A program made the translations under genes and the position numbers. Of a stretch of DNA of 26,339 nt, positions 1-8,425 are shown in pieces. Below the pieces are notes generated by a model. It had not been told where the DNA came from. It made no database searches and was given only the letters and a program-made list of their open reading frames with translations. Origin of the DNA: a virus (taxonomy: Duplodnaviria > Caudoviricetes); the IMG/VR virus record IMGVR_UViG_3300025519_000011, positions 1-26,339 of that record. One strand, given 5' to 3'. Positions within the stretch are counted from its first letter, which is position 1, and each line of letters starts with the position of its first letter.

Positions 1-703
1 CCCATCTATTGTGGTAAAAACGACCAATATATGCTTCGTTCATTAATATTTGCCTAACCACTTGACGATGCCAAACACTAGCATTACGTTTTGTAGGTAT
101 TTTCCGGTCAGTCAAATAAAAGGCAATCCCATTTATCCCTTGTACTCTTCCGTTCGGTCTTGTAAACAAGTCAAAAATCAATCTAACAACTTGTGCTTCG
201 CTTTCATTAATCTCGAGTTGAGAAGTTTCCTTATTATATACGTACCCATAAATCCTTGGATCTCTAACAATTTTCCCCTCTTTTGCCTTCCTTTTCCGGC
301 CATTCGACATACGTTCAGTGATTTTTGCCTTTTCAAATTCTGCAATGGCTCCCCTCATTTGATAAAAAAGCATACCTTCAGGAGTTTTCATGTATTCGCC
401 ATTAACAAAAACTAATTCTGCGTTTTTTTCAATTTCTTCCGTAATGATTAATTGGTTCATTAATTTTCTGGAAAGGCGGTCGGGATCATAACATATAACT
501 TTATCAATGATTCCATTTTTTACATCTTCACGAAGTTTATTTAATGCCGGCCGATCTAGAAATTCTCCAGAAACTCCATCATCAATATATTCCAATATTT
601 CATCCGTCTCCGCTTTGCTTCGGCACTTGTCTATTTGGTCCCTGATACTGTAACCGTGCTTCGCTTGTTCCTCTGTCGATACCCTGACATAGATTCCTAT
701 CAT
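1..703 (-). CDS. spoIVCA: Large serine recombinase, SpoIVCA/CisA-like; 3' end runs off the left edge
   Basis: Manual translation from ATG at 703 (RBS AGGAGG at 714-719) is open to the edge: MIGIYVRVSTEEQAKHGYSI...DRPALNKLREDV...VICYDPDRLSRKLMNQLII...FVNGEY...MRGAIAEFEKAKI...VWHRQVVRQILMN. It has the YxRVS catalytic Ser motif and long blocks I recognise from B. subtilis SpoIVCA. Confidence 0.9.
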   Translation of the reverse strand, partial: MIGIYVRVSTEEQAKHGYSIRDQIDKCRSKAETDEILEYIDDGVSGEFLDRPALNKLREDVKNGIIDKVICYDPDRLSRKLMNQLIITEEIEKNAELVFVNGEYMKTPEGMLFYQMRGAIAEFEKAKITERMSNGRKRKAKEGKIVRDPRIYGYVYNKETSQLEINESEAQVVRLIFDLFTRPNGRVQGINGIAFYLTDRKIPTKRNASVWHRQVVRQILMNEAYIGRFYHNRW

Positions 704-797
704 TGAGGTATTCCCTCCTGTACTTTTCATATAGGTAATCATAACAAGCTTTTCTAATTTTGTCAGTAGATTCTCCGCTGATAATTTTTATATGCAC
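600..797 (-). CDS. Small protein overlapping the recombinase start; possible recombination directionality factor
   Basis: GTG start with RBS GAGGTG; overlaps the recombinase 5' end by about 100 nt in another frame. Function inferred from position only. Confidence 0.5.
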   Translation of the reverse strand: MHIKIISGESTDKIRKACYDYLYEKYRREYLNDRNLCQGIDRGTSEARLQYQGPNRQVPKQSGDG

Positions 798-816
798 CTA
801 TGTATCACCTCAACAG

Positions 817-843
817 ATATATATGAGGTAACCGATTGTCCAT
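817..843 (-). promoter_or_regulatory. Candidate mother-cell (SigE/SigK-type) -10 element plus SpoIIID box
   Basis: CATATATAT at 825-817 resembles the CATAnnnT -10. ATGGACAATC at 843-834 fits the SpoIIID consensus WWRRACARNY. Confidence 0.55.
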
Positions 844-891
844 ATTTATTAAATTTTTAAGGGAATTACTCCCATTTATAATTCCTTACTG

Positions 892-921
892 AAAAAAAAA
901 ACACCCCTCACCGGGTGTTTT
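892..921 (-). terminator. Intrinsic terminator separating phage/moron transcription from the recombinase
   Basis: AAAACACCC...GGGTGTTTT stem with a long T tract on the minus strand. Confidence 0.75.
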
Positions 922-1114
922 TATTTTCCACATATAGATCCTGCAAGGCTAACTTTATTGCACTCTGACGGTCGTCACTATCCCCTATTCCGCATACTTC
1001 TTCATCACTATCAAAGCGCTCAAAGGCAAACGCTTTGTATGTATTGTCACTCATCCTGTATAATTCTACGATTTTTCCGCGGATTTTAAGTAATTCCCTT
1101 TCTAATGGTTGCAT
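908..1114 (-). CDS. Small hypothetical moron protein (68 aa)
   Basis: Strong RBS AAGGAGGGG, its own SigH-like promoter and a downstream terminator. Confidence 0.75.
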   Translation of the reverse strand: MQPLERELLKIRGKIVELYRMSDNTYKAFAFERFDSDEEVCGIGDSDDRQSAIKLALQDLYVENKNTR

Positions 1115-1138
1115 GGTATCCCCTCCTTCATCTATAAA

Positions 1139-1167
1139 TTTTCGACGTTTTACAATTAATTTCCTCT
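1139..1167 (-). promoter_or_regulatory. SigH-type promoter
   Basis: AGAGGAAAT-N12-GTCGAAAA versus the consensus RNAGGAWWW-N11/12-RNNGAAT. Confidence 0.55.
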
Positions 1168-1176
1168 TATATAAAC

Positions 1177-1207
1177 AAAAAAGAGGGGAGCAATCCCCTC
1201 TTTTTTT
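1177..1207. terminator. Bidirectional terminator after the endolysin
   Basis: AAAAAAGAGGGGA-GCAA-TCCCCTCTTTTTT perfect inverted repeat. Confidence 0.85.
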
Positions 1208-2051
1208 ATTTCACCCTCAACTTTTGTCCCGGATAGATAGTGTCGCTCTTAAGCCCATTTAATGATTTCAATTTAGCGACGGTCGTCCCGTATTTTTGCG
1301 ACAATCCCCACAAAGTATCACCATTTACAACTGTGTGATAAGTTACGGATCCACTCACTTTTAGCTGTTGACCGGGATGAATTATGTCACTAGTTAATCC
1401 GTTTAGGGATTTTAACTCAGCGACGGTCATACCATATTTTTTGGCAATACCCCAAAGCGTATCGCCAGGCTGAACAATATAAATGTCTCCCGTTTGTGGC
1501 TGTGGTGCCGCATTTTGTTTAAGTCCAAACGCCCTCGCTAAGCCGTTCACATGTCCTCGTGCAATCCTATTTATAAACGCCGGGTCCTTCAATTTATTTG
1601 CATCCGAAATATTGTCAACAAAACCATTTTCAGTTAGGAGTGCCGGCATATTTGATTCTCTTAACACATGAAAATTTGCCTGCTTTTGTCCCCGGTCACG
1701 ATAATCTATTTGTTTTACCACTTCTTCATGAATGGCATGCTGGTAGCTTTTTGTTAATGCATTAACTTTCGGATATACATAACTTTCAAAACCTGTTCCG
1801 CCACCGGAATTTATATGAACCGACAAATAAAAATCAGCTCCCCAGCTGTTTGCGGCAGACGTCCTAGCATTTAAGCTAACGGTTTGGTCCGTTGTTCTAC
1901 TCATTCTTACAGAGACATTTTCGTATTCATTCAATAGCATTTGTTGAATTTGATTCGCAATTTGTAAAGTAATATTTTTTTCACTGATGCCATTTCCGAC
2001 TGCACCGGGGTCCGAACCACCGTGTCCCGGATCGATAAAAATTTTAACCAT
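1206..2051 (-). CDS. Endolysin: Amidase_3 N-acetylmuramoyl-L-alanine amidase plus two LysM domains
   Basis: [21 protein letters not shown] and LTENGF zinc-amidase motifs; two GDTLWG...LKSLNGL..D.I.PGQ.L LysM repeats. Confidence 0.95.
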   Translation of the reverse strand: MVKIFIDPGHGGSDPGAVGNGISEKNITLQIANQIQQMLLNEYENVSVRMSRTTDQTVSLNARTSAANSWGADFYLSVHINSGGGTGFESYVYPKVNALTKSYQHAIHEEVVKQIDYRDRGQKQANFHVLRESNMPALLTENGFVDNISDANKLKDPAFINRIARGHVNGLARAFGLKQNAAPQPQTGDIYIVQPGDTLWGIAKKYGMTVAELKSLNGLTSDIIHPGQQLKVSGSVTYHTVVNGDTLWGLSQKYGTTVAKLKSLNGLKSDTIYPGQKLRVK

Positions 2052-2446
2052 TATTTTTCCTCTCCTTTACCTTTTAAAACTTCTACCGCATTAGTTAATT
2101 TTTCGGGAATTGGAACACCCATACGACCTATATTTTCAACAATGCTTAACAACTCATTAGCAATATAGAAAAATATAGCTGCGTCTCTAAATATGTGCGA
2201 ATCACCTAAAGCAGTGTCCACTAAATGGGCCACAGCGACAATAAAAAAGATAGATACCTTTTTAGCGATACCTGCCCACCCTTTATGACTGTTCAATTTT
2301 CCGTCTACTGCGGCAGCAATTACACCTGATACATAATCAATAACCACGAATGTCAATAAAACGCTTAACAAAGCACTCCACCCTCCGAACAAGTAAGAGG
2401 CTAGAGCGCCTCCTGCTGCAACTATTGTTTGAAACCACTTATCCAT
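2051..2446 (-). CDS. Holin (Phage_holin_4_1 / toxin secretion-phage lysis type)
   Basis: Hydrophobic segments, [28 protein letters not shown]; TAATG overlap with the lysin. Confidence 0.92.
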   Translation of the reverse strand: MDKWFQTIVAAGGALASYLFGGWSALLSVLLTFVVIDYVSGVIAAAVDGKLNSHKGWAGIAKKVSIFFIVAVAHLVDTALGDSHIFRDAAIFFYIANELLSIVENIGRMGVPIPEKLTNAVEVLKGKGEEK

Positions 2447-2476
2447 TTCATTACCCCCATTTAAAAAAAGCCCTAC

Positions 2477-2695
2477 TTATACAGCAGGACTTAATCTCTC
2501 AATTGTTTTTGTCTGTACCAATTCAGTTAAAGTTTCGATTGCTTCATTCCCGGCATATTCTTCGGCACTAAGAGAGATACATCCATTAACGTTAATCTCC
2601 CTGTCGTCATCATAGCCAGAAAAATACACTTTAACACTACGAATAACGTTTCCTTCATACTGTAAATTTATTGATGTAATTTGTACGCTCATCAT
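2477..2695 (-). CDS. Small phage protein downstream of the tail adhesin
   Basis: ORF coupled to the upstream gene, RBS AGGGGGTGA. Confidence 0.7.
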   Translation of the reverse strand: MMSVQITSINLQYEGNVIRSVKVYFSGYDDDREINVNGCISLSAEEYAGNEAIETLTELVQTKTIERLSPAV

Positions 2696-3153
2696 TCTTC
2701 ACCCCCTTTAAAAGCGTCATATAGATAGGCAAATGCGTATGCTTCACTGCCATCCCATTCAATTTCCGATTCTTCCATGGATTGTTTGACGGATTTCAAA
2801 AAAACAGGACTATCTCCGCCTTCAATAACGATTTTTTCCTTGTAAAACTCCTCCATTACCTTTTGGAATTCTTCCAAGTTTTCAATGTCATATGCTCCGT
2901 CCTTAATGATTGCCTCCCCATTTTCATCTTTTCTGCTGTATTCTTCTTTCAGTTTCTTTTCTTCTTCGGCTACACGTTTTAATTTTTCCGTTAAAGCATT
3001 GGCTAATCGTGTACGGTGGATAGATTTTAAGCCTTTTAGTTTCAACTTATTTAAGACATTGATCGAATCAGCTAGTTTAATATTTTCAATCTCTAGTTTC
3101 ATTTCTTCATCTACCTTCTCTTGGAATTGATTTACTTTTTGTTTGTTTTCCAT
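2692..3153 (-). CDS. Phage protein, DUF1617-like helical protein
   Basis: Start reassigned to ATG 3153 (RBS AAAGGAG); LKGLKSIHRTRL...KDENGE pattern typical of the gene after tail adhesins. Confidence 0.65.
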   Translation of the reverse strand: MENKQKVNQFQEKVDEEMKLEIENIKLADSINVLNKLKLKGLKSIHRTRLANALTEKLKRVAEEEKKLKEEYSRKDENGEAIIKDGAYDIENLEEFQKVMEEFYKEKIVIEGGDSPVFLKSVKQSMEESEIEWDGSEAYAFAYLYDAFKGGEE

Positions 3154-3166
3154 TTTATTTTCTCCT

Positions 3167-6100
3167 TTAGTCTTGATAAACAATCATTAACAAAACATCA
3201 ACTGATACGTTATATACGTCAGTAGCGCCTGTGCCGGTTACATATAACGTAAATCCTGTATTACTTATATCCATTATTCCAGTGGTCAAATTATCGGAAT
3301 AAGCACCAATTATTTGTGCGAACACTGCGTAAACTTTTGATACCCCAGTAATCGGATAATAACCATACCCATATGCGTAATTCTTACCTCGTTCGCCATA
3401 ATATCCACCTAGTTTAAAATTTTCCCAAACAAAAAACCAAAGGCCAGGTGAACCCGTTAACTGCCCATACTTATTTTGTAGAGGCGTGTCAATGCCAATG
3501 CGTGCCAAATCCCTACCGTTATGAAAAACCCTTTTTGTGTAGAAGTTTGCATTAATCTCGTTTCCGCTTCTATATATGCTTAACTGTTGTTCGCTGTAGG
3601 TGTCACTTTTTCCCATATTAAGGGATACAAAATCTTTATACCCCACCAGTGCAAGCCCCCGGAGTTCATTGTTGTCAGTATACCATACGTTAGCTATTCT
3701 ACCTACTTCGGCATTATCAGGCGTTGGGTCGCTTGTTCCCGAATCGTAAAATATCAAATTATAATTTTGCATTTCTATCATGTTTTTGTTATTTTTTCTA
3801 CTAAACAACGATCCATCCTCAATCACAATCCTGTCACCTTGGTTATTGTCCGAGATTAAAGTAATACCTTGTAATACGCCAGTTGTAATTTTATTTGCCG
3901 ATATCGAAGCGATTTTTGCGTCATCAATCGTTGCATTAGCAATCTTAGCATTTGTAATTGCTCCGTCTTGTATTTGTGCTGTACCTATTGCGGCTGTTCC
4001 CAATTTAGCCCGTGTGATTGCTCCGTCGGCAATGGCGGCTGAACCTACTGCCAAGTTAGCGATTTTAGCACTGGTAATTGCGGCGTCTGCAATATGAGCA
4101 GTTTTTATGACCGCATTGTCGATAGTGGTTTGACCGGTAATACGGATTTTCTGACCAGCTATCAGGATTCCTTCGGTACTGACATTAATTTGATTAATAA
4201 TATCGTTTTTTGATACACGTAGATTGATAGCGTCGGCTAGTTGGGTAAACTGAGATTGGGTCGCCATGTCCTCTGGAGCAGGTGTCCAGTCAGTGGCACG
4301 ATTGCCTTTTTCAAGTTTATATTGTGACACCCAAAGTTTTACAGGATATTCGCCATTTATAACCCTAGGTGTCGTTGCCGCTCGCACTTGATTTGCCGGT
4401 ATTGTAAGAGTAAACGTGATTCTTGTCCAAGTATTTGCAGTCACTTGTGTGTTTGGCGCGGCAATTGGATTGCTTTCAGTACCACTTGCATTTCTAAATT
4501 TTGGCAGGTGAGATACTGTAGCATCTTTATCTGTTTTTACCCAGAACGAAAGCGTATAAGTATCATTAGGAATGACATCAGCAAAAGGAGTATAAATGGC
4601 GCCACCACTACCAGTGATAGAACGAGTAATCGCTTTGTGTTCGCCATACCCATCCTCTACTGTCAACGAACCCCCACTGTTAAAGGCTTCCCATCCATTC
4701 AAACCCATATCACCTGTAGAGTTCTTGGCAAGGTTCCTTCCACCAATCTCCAAATTATCTAAGTCACTACGAACTGCTGTAATACTACTTGTAAGACTAT
4801 TCGCCGTTGCTGTCAACGTACTAATATTACCCTCTGCATTAGTCATACGTGTTTGTAATGCGTTTGCTGTTTGGGTGACAGTTGAGATGTTTTTCTCGTT
4901 ATTACTTACTCTCGTTTGCAAGCCGTTTGCTGTTTGGGTTAACGTACTAATATTACCCTCTGTATTTGTGATTCTACTCGCTAGGCTGCTCGCTGTTTGT
5001 TGTAGTGTGCTTATACTACCTTCTGCGTTACCGATACGTGATGTAGTGCTGTCTAGCGTTTGTTGTAATGTGTTGAATTGGGTTACAGTCGCCATATCCT
5101 CTGGGGCTGGTGTCCAGTCAGTGGCACGATTGCCTTTTTCGATTTTTGCATAGGCAAACTCTATATATGTTCCACCTGTAATTGAAATATTATTAAAATC
5201 TGGCACTCTAATATTTGTTTGTCCAGCATTTGTTTTCCCAGTGCCTACTGCCCTGTATAACTCTCCACTTATTTTCTCTATTTTAGTGGTAACTGTTTTA
5301 TGACCTGTATTATCACTAAAAAATGTAAAATTAAAATTAACGCTAGTAGCATCCGTTCTAAACATAATTGACTGTGTATACTCAACATCACCCTCAATCG
5401 GGATTTTTTTGTTTTCGAGAATCTCATTAACATTTGTCAAAGGTAATGTCGTTCTCTTCCACTCCCCATTCATTGTCCAAGTTGGGTTTGTAGGATAACC
5501 ATGTACAGCACCAATCTTAGAATTAGGGATTAAATTCCTTCCACCAATCTCCAAATTATCTAAGTCACTACGAACTGCTGTAATACTGCTCGTCAGGCTG
5601 TTTGCCGTCGCTGTTAGTGCCGTCTGCGTCGCATATTTGGCATCTGCTTCCGTTTTTGTAATACGTGCAGCAATCTGGTTTGCATGTGTTGTCAGCGTTG
5701 CTTCCGTCGTACTTACCCTACCAGTTAGCGCGTCAACCGTGGACTGATTGGCTTTTAATGCAATTGCATCAGCATTTTGACTAATCAACGTACTATGGTT
5801 GTCTACGGTATTTTTTAACGTGTCCACAACGTTTTTATCTGCCTTTAACGCAATATTATTTGCGTTTTGCGTAATAGCTGTCTCAGCCTTATCCACACGC
5901 CCTGTAAGTGTATTAACAGCAGTAACACTCGCATATCCGGTTAATGCCCGGTCAATTTCCGTTTTTGTATATACACTATTTATATCTGCTTTTTTCTTTG
6001 CTTCATCCATTGCGTTATTCGCTGTTGTTAGTGCGCTTGTTGCTTGGTTAGCTGATTCATATGCGATTGTTTTTGCAGTTGTCGCGATATCCGTTGCGTT

Positions 6101-7891
6101 ATTCGCTGTTGTTAGTGCAGCTTGTGCCTCGTCAAACGCTGTTTGTGCTTGGTTAATAGCATCGGTGGCTTGCTGGGTTGCTGTGTTAGCTCTTGCCATG
6201 GCGTCATTGGCGATTGTCTTTGCTGATTCAATTTCTTCCGTGACATCCTCACCAATCATGGATAAATCGATAGTGCCATCAGCCAATAGTTTGGCTGTCT
6301 TGCTTAATTCACGCAATTCAGCCGCTATATCTTCGCCAAATAAAATATCATCTGAAATAATTCGGACTGTGCTTGCACTTACTTCTGGGCTAAAATCTCC
6401 TGGCGTCCCTCTCGTATTGACGGCTCGTACTCTGTAGTACCAAACCTCATCAGTGTTCACTTCGTGGGAAAATGATGATACACGACCACGCCATAGCAAA
6501 TGTTGGTTGTCCGGGACAAAGTCCTTTACCTGAGAACCATAAACTTCATAGTGAGAAATATATACATTTGAGTCATATTCCCAATATAATTGGATAGTTT
6601 TAAAACCACCAATTGCTTGAACATTTACCGGTGTACCCGGCTTAATGTCTGGAAAGCTATCGTTTGTGACCGTTTTATCTTCCCATTTGCCACGGTTGTT
6701 GTTGATAGTTTCCACAACTTTATCCAACGTATCATCATACTGATAGGCGCTTAAAAACTGTCCCATTTCGACTTTTGCGGTATCTTCAATGTTTACAAGG
6801 TCATATTCAATAGCAATTACCCTAGCTTGTACTTCTATCGGTCTAGCAAACTGTCGGTCTATTGCTGCCGCTGTATCGCCAAGTTCGACGTGTTCATGTT
6901 CATACCCGGCTAGCATTTCCAGCAAGTGGACAGATAAGCCATAATTCACTTCCGGTTTTTTTAGTTTTTGTAATTGTTGCCATGTCCATTCAAGTAACTC
7001 TTTCGGGTCCTCGATATCATGATTTTCCACGATGCCAAAACGGTGAAGTTTACTGCCGTCTTTTTTGAGGTAACCGTATTTTTCTAAGGCATCAGGATCC
7101 CCTACCCATTTTTGCCCCTTCGGTTTATCGACTGGATCGCCTTTTGATTTTTTCCACTCAACATCTGCAAAATCAATATAACGAGTATAACCGCCTGTAT
7201 GCTCTCCTTCTTCGTCTAGAATTTCAAGTGATGCACCACGTCCATACAATGCTGTTACTGGATAAGATAGTACCGTACGTTGAATTTCTTCAATATCATG
7301 GTCAATCTCAAATCGTTTCCCTCGGTCGGCTCCACGACGTTGCAGGATTTTGATTTTGCGGCTTACAATGTTATTTTTCTCATCAAATTTAACAGCATCC
7401 TTAAACTCGCCACCCCATATGGAAAGGATATTCCAAATAGCGTCAACGGATGTCATATAGTAAAAGTTTGTTGAGTTTAAACCCAAACTGACTTCTACCT
7501 CACCAGTCCAACGAGTACCTTCTAATGCTACGTTTAGCGCTTCTTGCGCTTCTTTGTCTATAAAGCGCCGGTCAACAATTATATGGTCTTTTAACTCAAC
7601 CAAAAAAGCCGGCAAACAGATAGCCTTTGTTTGTGGGCCGTCAATATTATCAATGTCATCCAGTTCTTTAATGACGTATAAGCGATATTCTCCTTCCTTA
7701 TCTCGAAATACGACTTGGTTCTCTTCGACGACATATTGAGCATTTTCACTATCGGCTTCGATAGTAAAAGAAAAAGGCGTATCTGGCACTTGGTTTAGTT
7801 CTTCTCTAAACCATGCACTGACAAGCCCTGTTTCTTCTGTGATGATAGTTAGGAGTTTATCATCCGGACTAAAAATATAAAGTTCTGCCAA
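3167..7891 (-). CDS. Tail spike/adhesin: Tal-type N-terminus, FN3, coiled coils, two carbohydrate-binding-like modules, beta-helix repeats
   Basis: Follows Dit; FN3 motif (LYW...YYRVRAVNTRGTPGDFS); two GGRNL...EKGNRATDWTPAPED-bounded modules; 21-aa and 10-aa repeats. Confidence 0.9.
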   Translation of the reverse strand: MAELYIFSPDDKLLTIITEETGLVSAWFREELNQVPDTPFSFTIEADSENAQYVVEENQVVFRDKEGEYRLYVIKELDDIDNIDGPQTKAICLPAFLVELKDHIIVDRRFIDKEAQEALNVALEGTRWTGEVEVSLGLNSTNFYYMTSVDAIWNILSIWGGEFKDAVKFDEKNNIVSRKIKILQRRGADRGKRFEIDHDIEEIQRTVLSYPVTALYGRGASLEILDEEGEHTGGYTRYIDFADVEWKKSKGDPVDKPKGQKWVGDPDALEKYGYLKKDGSKLHRFGIVENHDIEDPKELLEWTWQQLQKLKKPEVNYGLSVHLLEMLAGYEHEHVELGDTAAAIDRQFARPIEVQARVIAIEYDLVNIEDTAKVEMGQFLSAYQYDDTLDKVVETINNNRGKWEDKTVTNDSFPDIKPGTPVNVQAIGGFKTIQLYWEYDSNVYISHYEVYGSQVKDFVPDNQHLLWRGRVSSFSHEVNTDEVWYYRVRAVNTRGTPGDFSPEVSASTVRIISDDILFGEDIAAELRELSKTAKLLADGTIDLSMIGEDVTEEIESAKTIANDAMARANTATQQATDAINQAQTAFDEAQAALTTANNATDIATTAKTIAYESANQATSALTTANNAMDEAKKKADINSVYTKTEIDRALTGYASVTAVNTLTGRVDKAETAITQNANNIALKADKNVVDTLKNTVDNHSTLISQNADAIALKANQSTVDALTGRVSTTEATLTTHANQIAARITKTEADAKYATQTALTATANSLTSSITAVRSDLDNLEIGGRNLIPNSKIGAVHGYPTNPTWTMNGEWKRTTLPLTNVNEILENKKIPIEGDVEYTQSIMFRTDATSVNFNFTFFSDNTGHKTVTTKIEKISGELYRAVGTGKTNAGQTNIRVPDFNNISITGGTYIEFAYAKIEKGNRATDWTPAPEDMATVTQFNTLQQTLDSTTSRIGNAEGSISTLQQTASSLASRITNTEGNISTLTQTANGLQTRVSNNEKNISTVTQTANALQTRMTNAEGNISTLTATANSLTSSITAVRSDLDNLEIGGRNLAKNSTGDMGLNGWEAFNSGGSLTVEDGYGEHKAITRSITGSGGAIYTPFADVIPNDTYTLSFWVKTDKDATVSHLPKFRNASGTESNPIAAPNTQVTANTWTRITFTLTIPANQVRAATTPRVINGEYPVKLWVSQYKLEKGNRATDWTPAPEDMATQSQFTQLADAINLRVSKNDIINQINVSTEGILIAGQKIRITGQTTIDNAVIKTAHIADAAITSAKIANLAVGSAAIADGAITRAKLGTAAIGTAQIQDGAITNAKIANATIDDAKIASISANKITTGVLQGITLISDNNQGDRIVIEDGSLFSRKNNKNMIEMQNYNLIFYDSGTSDPTPDNAEVGRIANVWYTDNNELRGLALVGYKDFVSLNMGKSDTYSEQQLSIYRSGNEINANFYTKRVFHNGRDLARIGIDTPLQNKYGQLTGSPGLWFFVWENFKLGGYYGERGKNYAYGYGYYPITGVSKVYAVFAQIIGAYSDNLTTGIMDISNTGFTLYVTGTGATDVYNVSVDVLLMIVYQD
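4281..4312. repeat. Direct repeat B, copy 1 (32 bp identical to 5109-5140)
   Basis: ggtgtccagtcagtggcacgattgcctttttc occurs at both positions. Confidence 0.95.
4734..4786. repeat. Direct repeat A, copy 1 (53 bp identical to 5535-5587)
   Basis: ttccttccaccaatctccaaattatctaagtcactacgaactgctgtaatact occurs at both positions. Confidence 0.95.
5109..5140. repeat. Direct repeat B, copy 2
   Basis: Identical to 4281-4312. Confidence 0.95.
5535..5587. repeat. Direct repeat A, copy 2
   Basis: Identical to 4734-4786. Confidence 0.95.
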
Positions 7892-7910
7892 ATTATCACA
7901 TCCTTTCGCA

Positions 7911-7959
7911 GTAGGATTTTTGACCTTCCTTGTCGAAATATGACAAAGGAAGGAGGTGA
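7911..7959 (+). promoter_or_regulatory. SigH-type promoter overlapping an inverted repeat that reaches the RBS
   Basis: GTAGGATTT-N12-GTCGAAAT; CCTTCCTTGTC (7924-7934) pairs with GACAAAGGAAGG (7942-7953); SD AGGAGGTGA at 7951-7959. Confidence 0.6.
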
Positions 7960-7965
7960 AATTAA

Positions 7966-8184
7966 ATGGTTCAAGAAGAAAATTTAAAATACAAAATTGT
8001 TAAAGGTAATACTGATCATTCTGGAATAACTATTTCTGGTGTAACAGAAAATGACATCGTGCATAAATTCATTATTCGTGATGATTACATTTTCCAAAGA
8101 TTTATGATTTTTAAAAATGGTTTAATCGTTTGTGAAGAAGTATCTAATGGACAAAGAACGTTTCGTTCTAACAGACCTATTTAG
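7966..8184 (+). CDS. Counter-oriented moron, 72-aa hypothetical protein
   Basis: The only credible plus-strand gene: perfect RBS, own promoter, lies in an intergenic gap. Confidence 0.75.
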   Translation: MVQEENLKYKIVKGNTDHSGITISGVTENDIVHKFIIRDDYIFQRFMIFKNGLIVCEEVSNGQRTFRSNRPI

Positions 8185-8416
8185 CGTATTTTCCTAAATT
8201 ATTTCGTTTAAGAACATCATCAGGTATATCACAAAGGTTACCAATTTCTATTGAATCATAAGAAACGGACAGGTCCTTGCCTTCTAACAGTTCAAGGATT
8301 CTGTCCATTTTCTGTTCGATTCTATCAAGTTGTGAATCTGGTTTTGTTACAACTCTAACTTTATCCGCATTTATCATCATGTCAGTCGCTCTTATTGTTT
8401 TATATTCACTCATCAA
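8177..8416 (-). CDS. Small hypothetical protein between Dit and the tail adhesin
   Basis: RBS AGGAGGGG directly after the Dit stop; short coiled coil QLDRIEQKMDRILELLE. Confidence 0.7.
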   Translation of the reverse strand: MMSEYKTIRATDMMINADKVRVVTKPDSQLDRIEQKMDRILELLEGKDLSVSYDSIEIGNLCDIPDDVLKRNNLGKYAK

Positions 8417-8425
8417 TAACCCCTC

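Noticed and set aside
50-415. Plus-strand 121-aa ORF
   Set aside because: Antisense shadow of the serine recombinase.
590-610. Frameshift in the recombinase (absent from the ORF track)
   Set aside because: The frame is continuous (ETDEILEYIDDG); it is probably missing only because its stop lies outside the window.
4260-5612. Diversity-generating retroelement or shufflon
   Set aside because: The repeats are direct and identical, show no adenine-specific mismatch pattern, and no reverse transcriptase or invertase is adjacent.
3587-7739. Plus-strand ORFs inside the tail adhesin (e.g. 4596-5153, 5799-6437)
   Set aside because: Antisense shadows of Ala/Thr-rich coding sequence, with no recognisable motifs.
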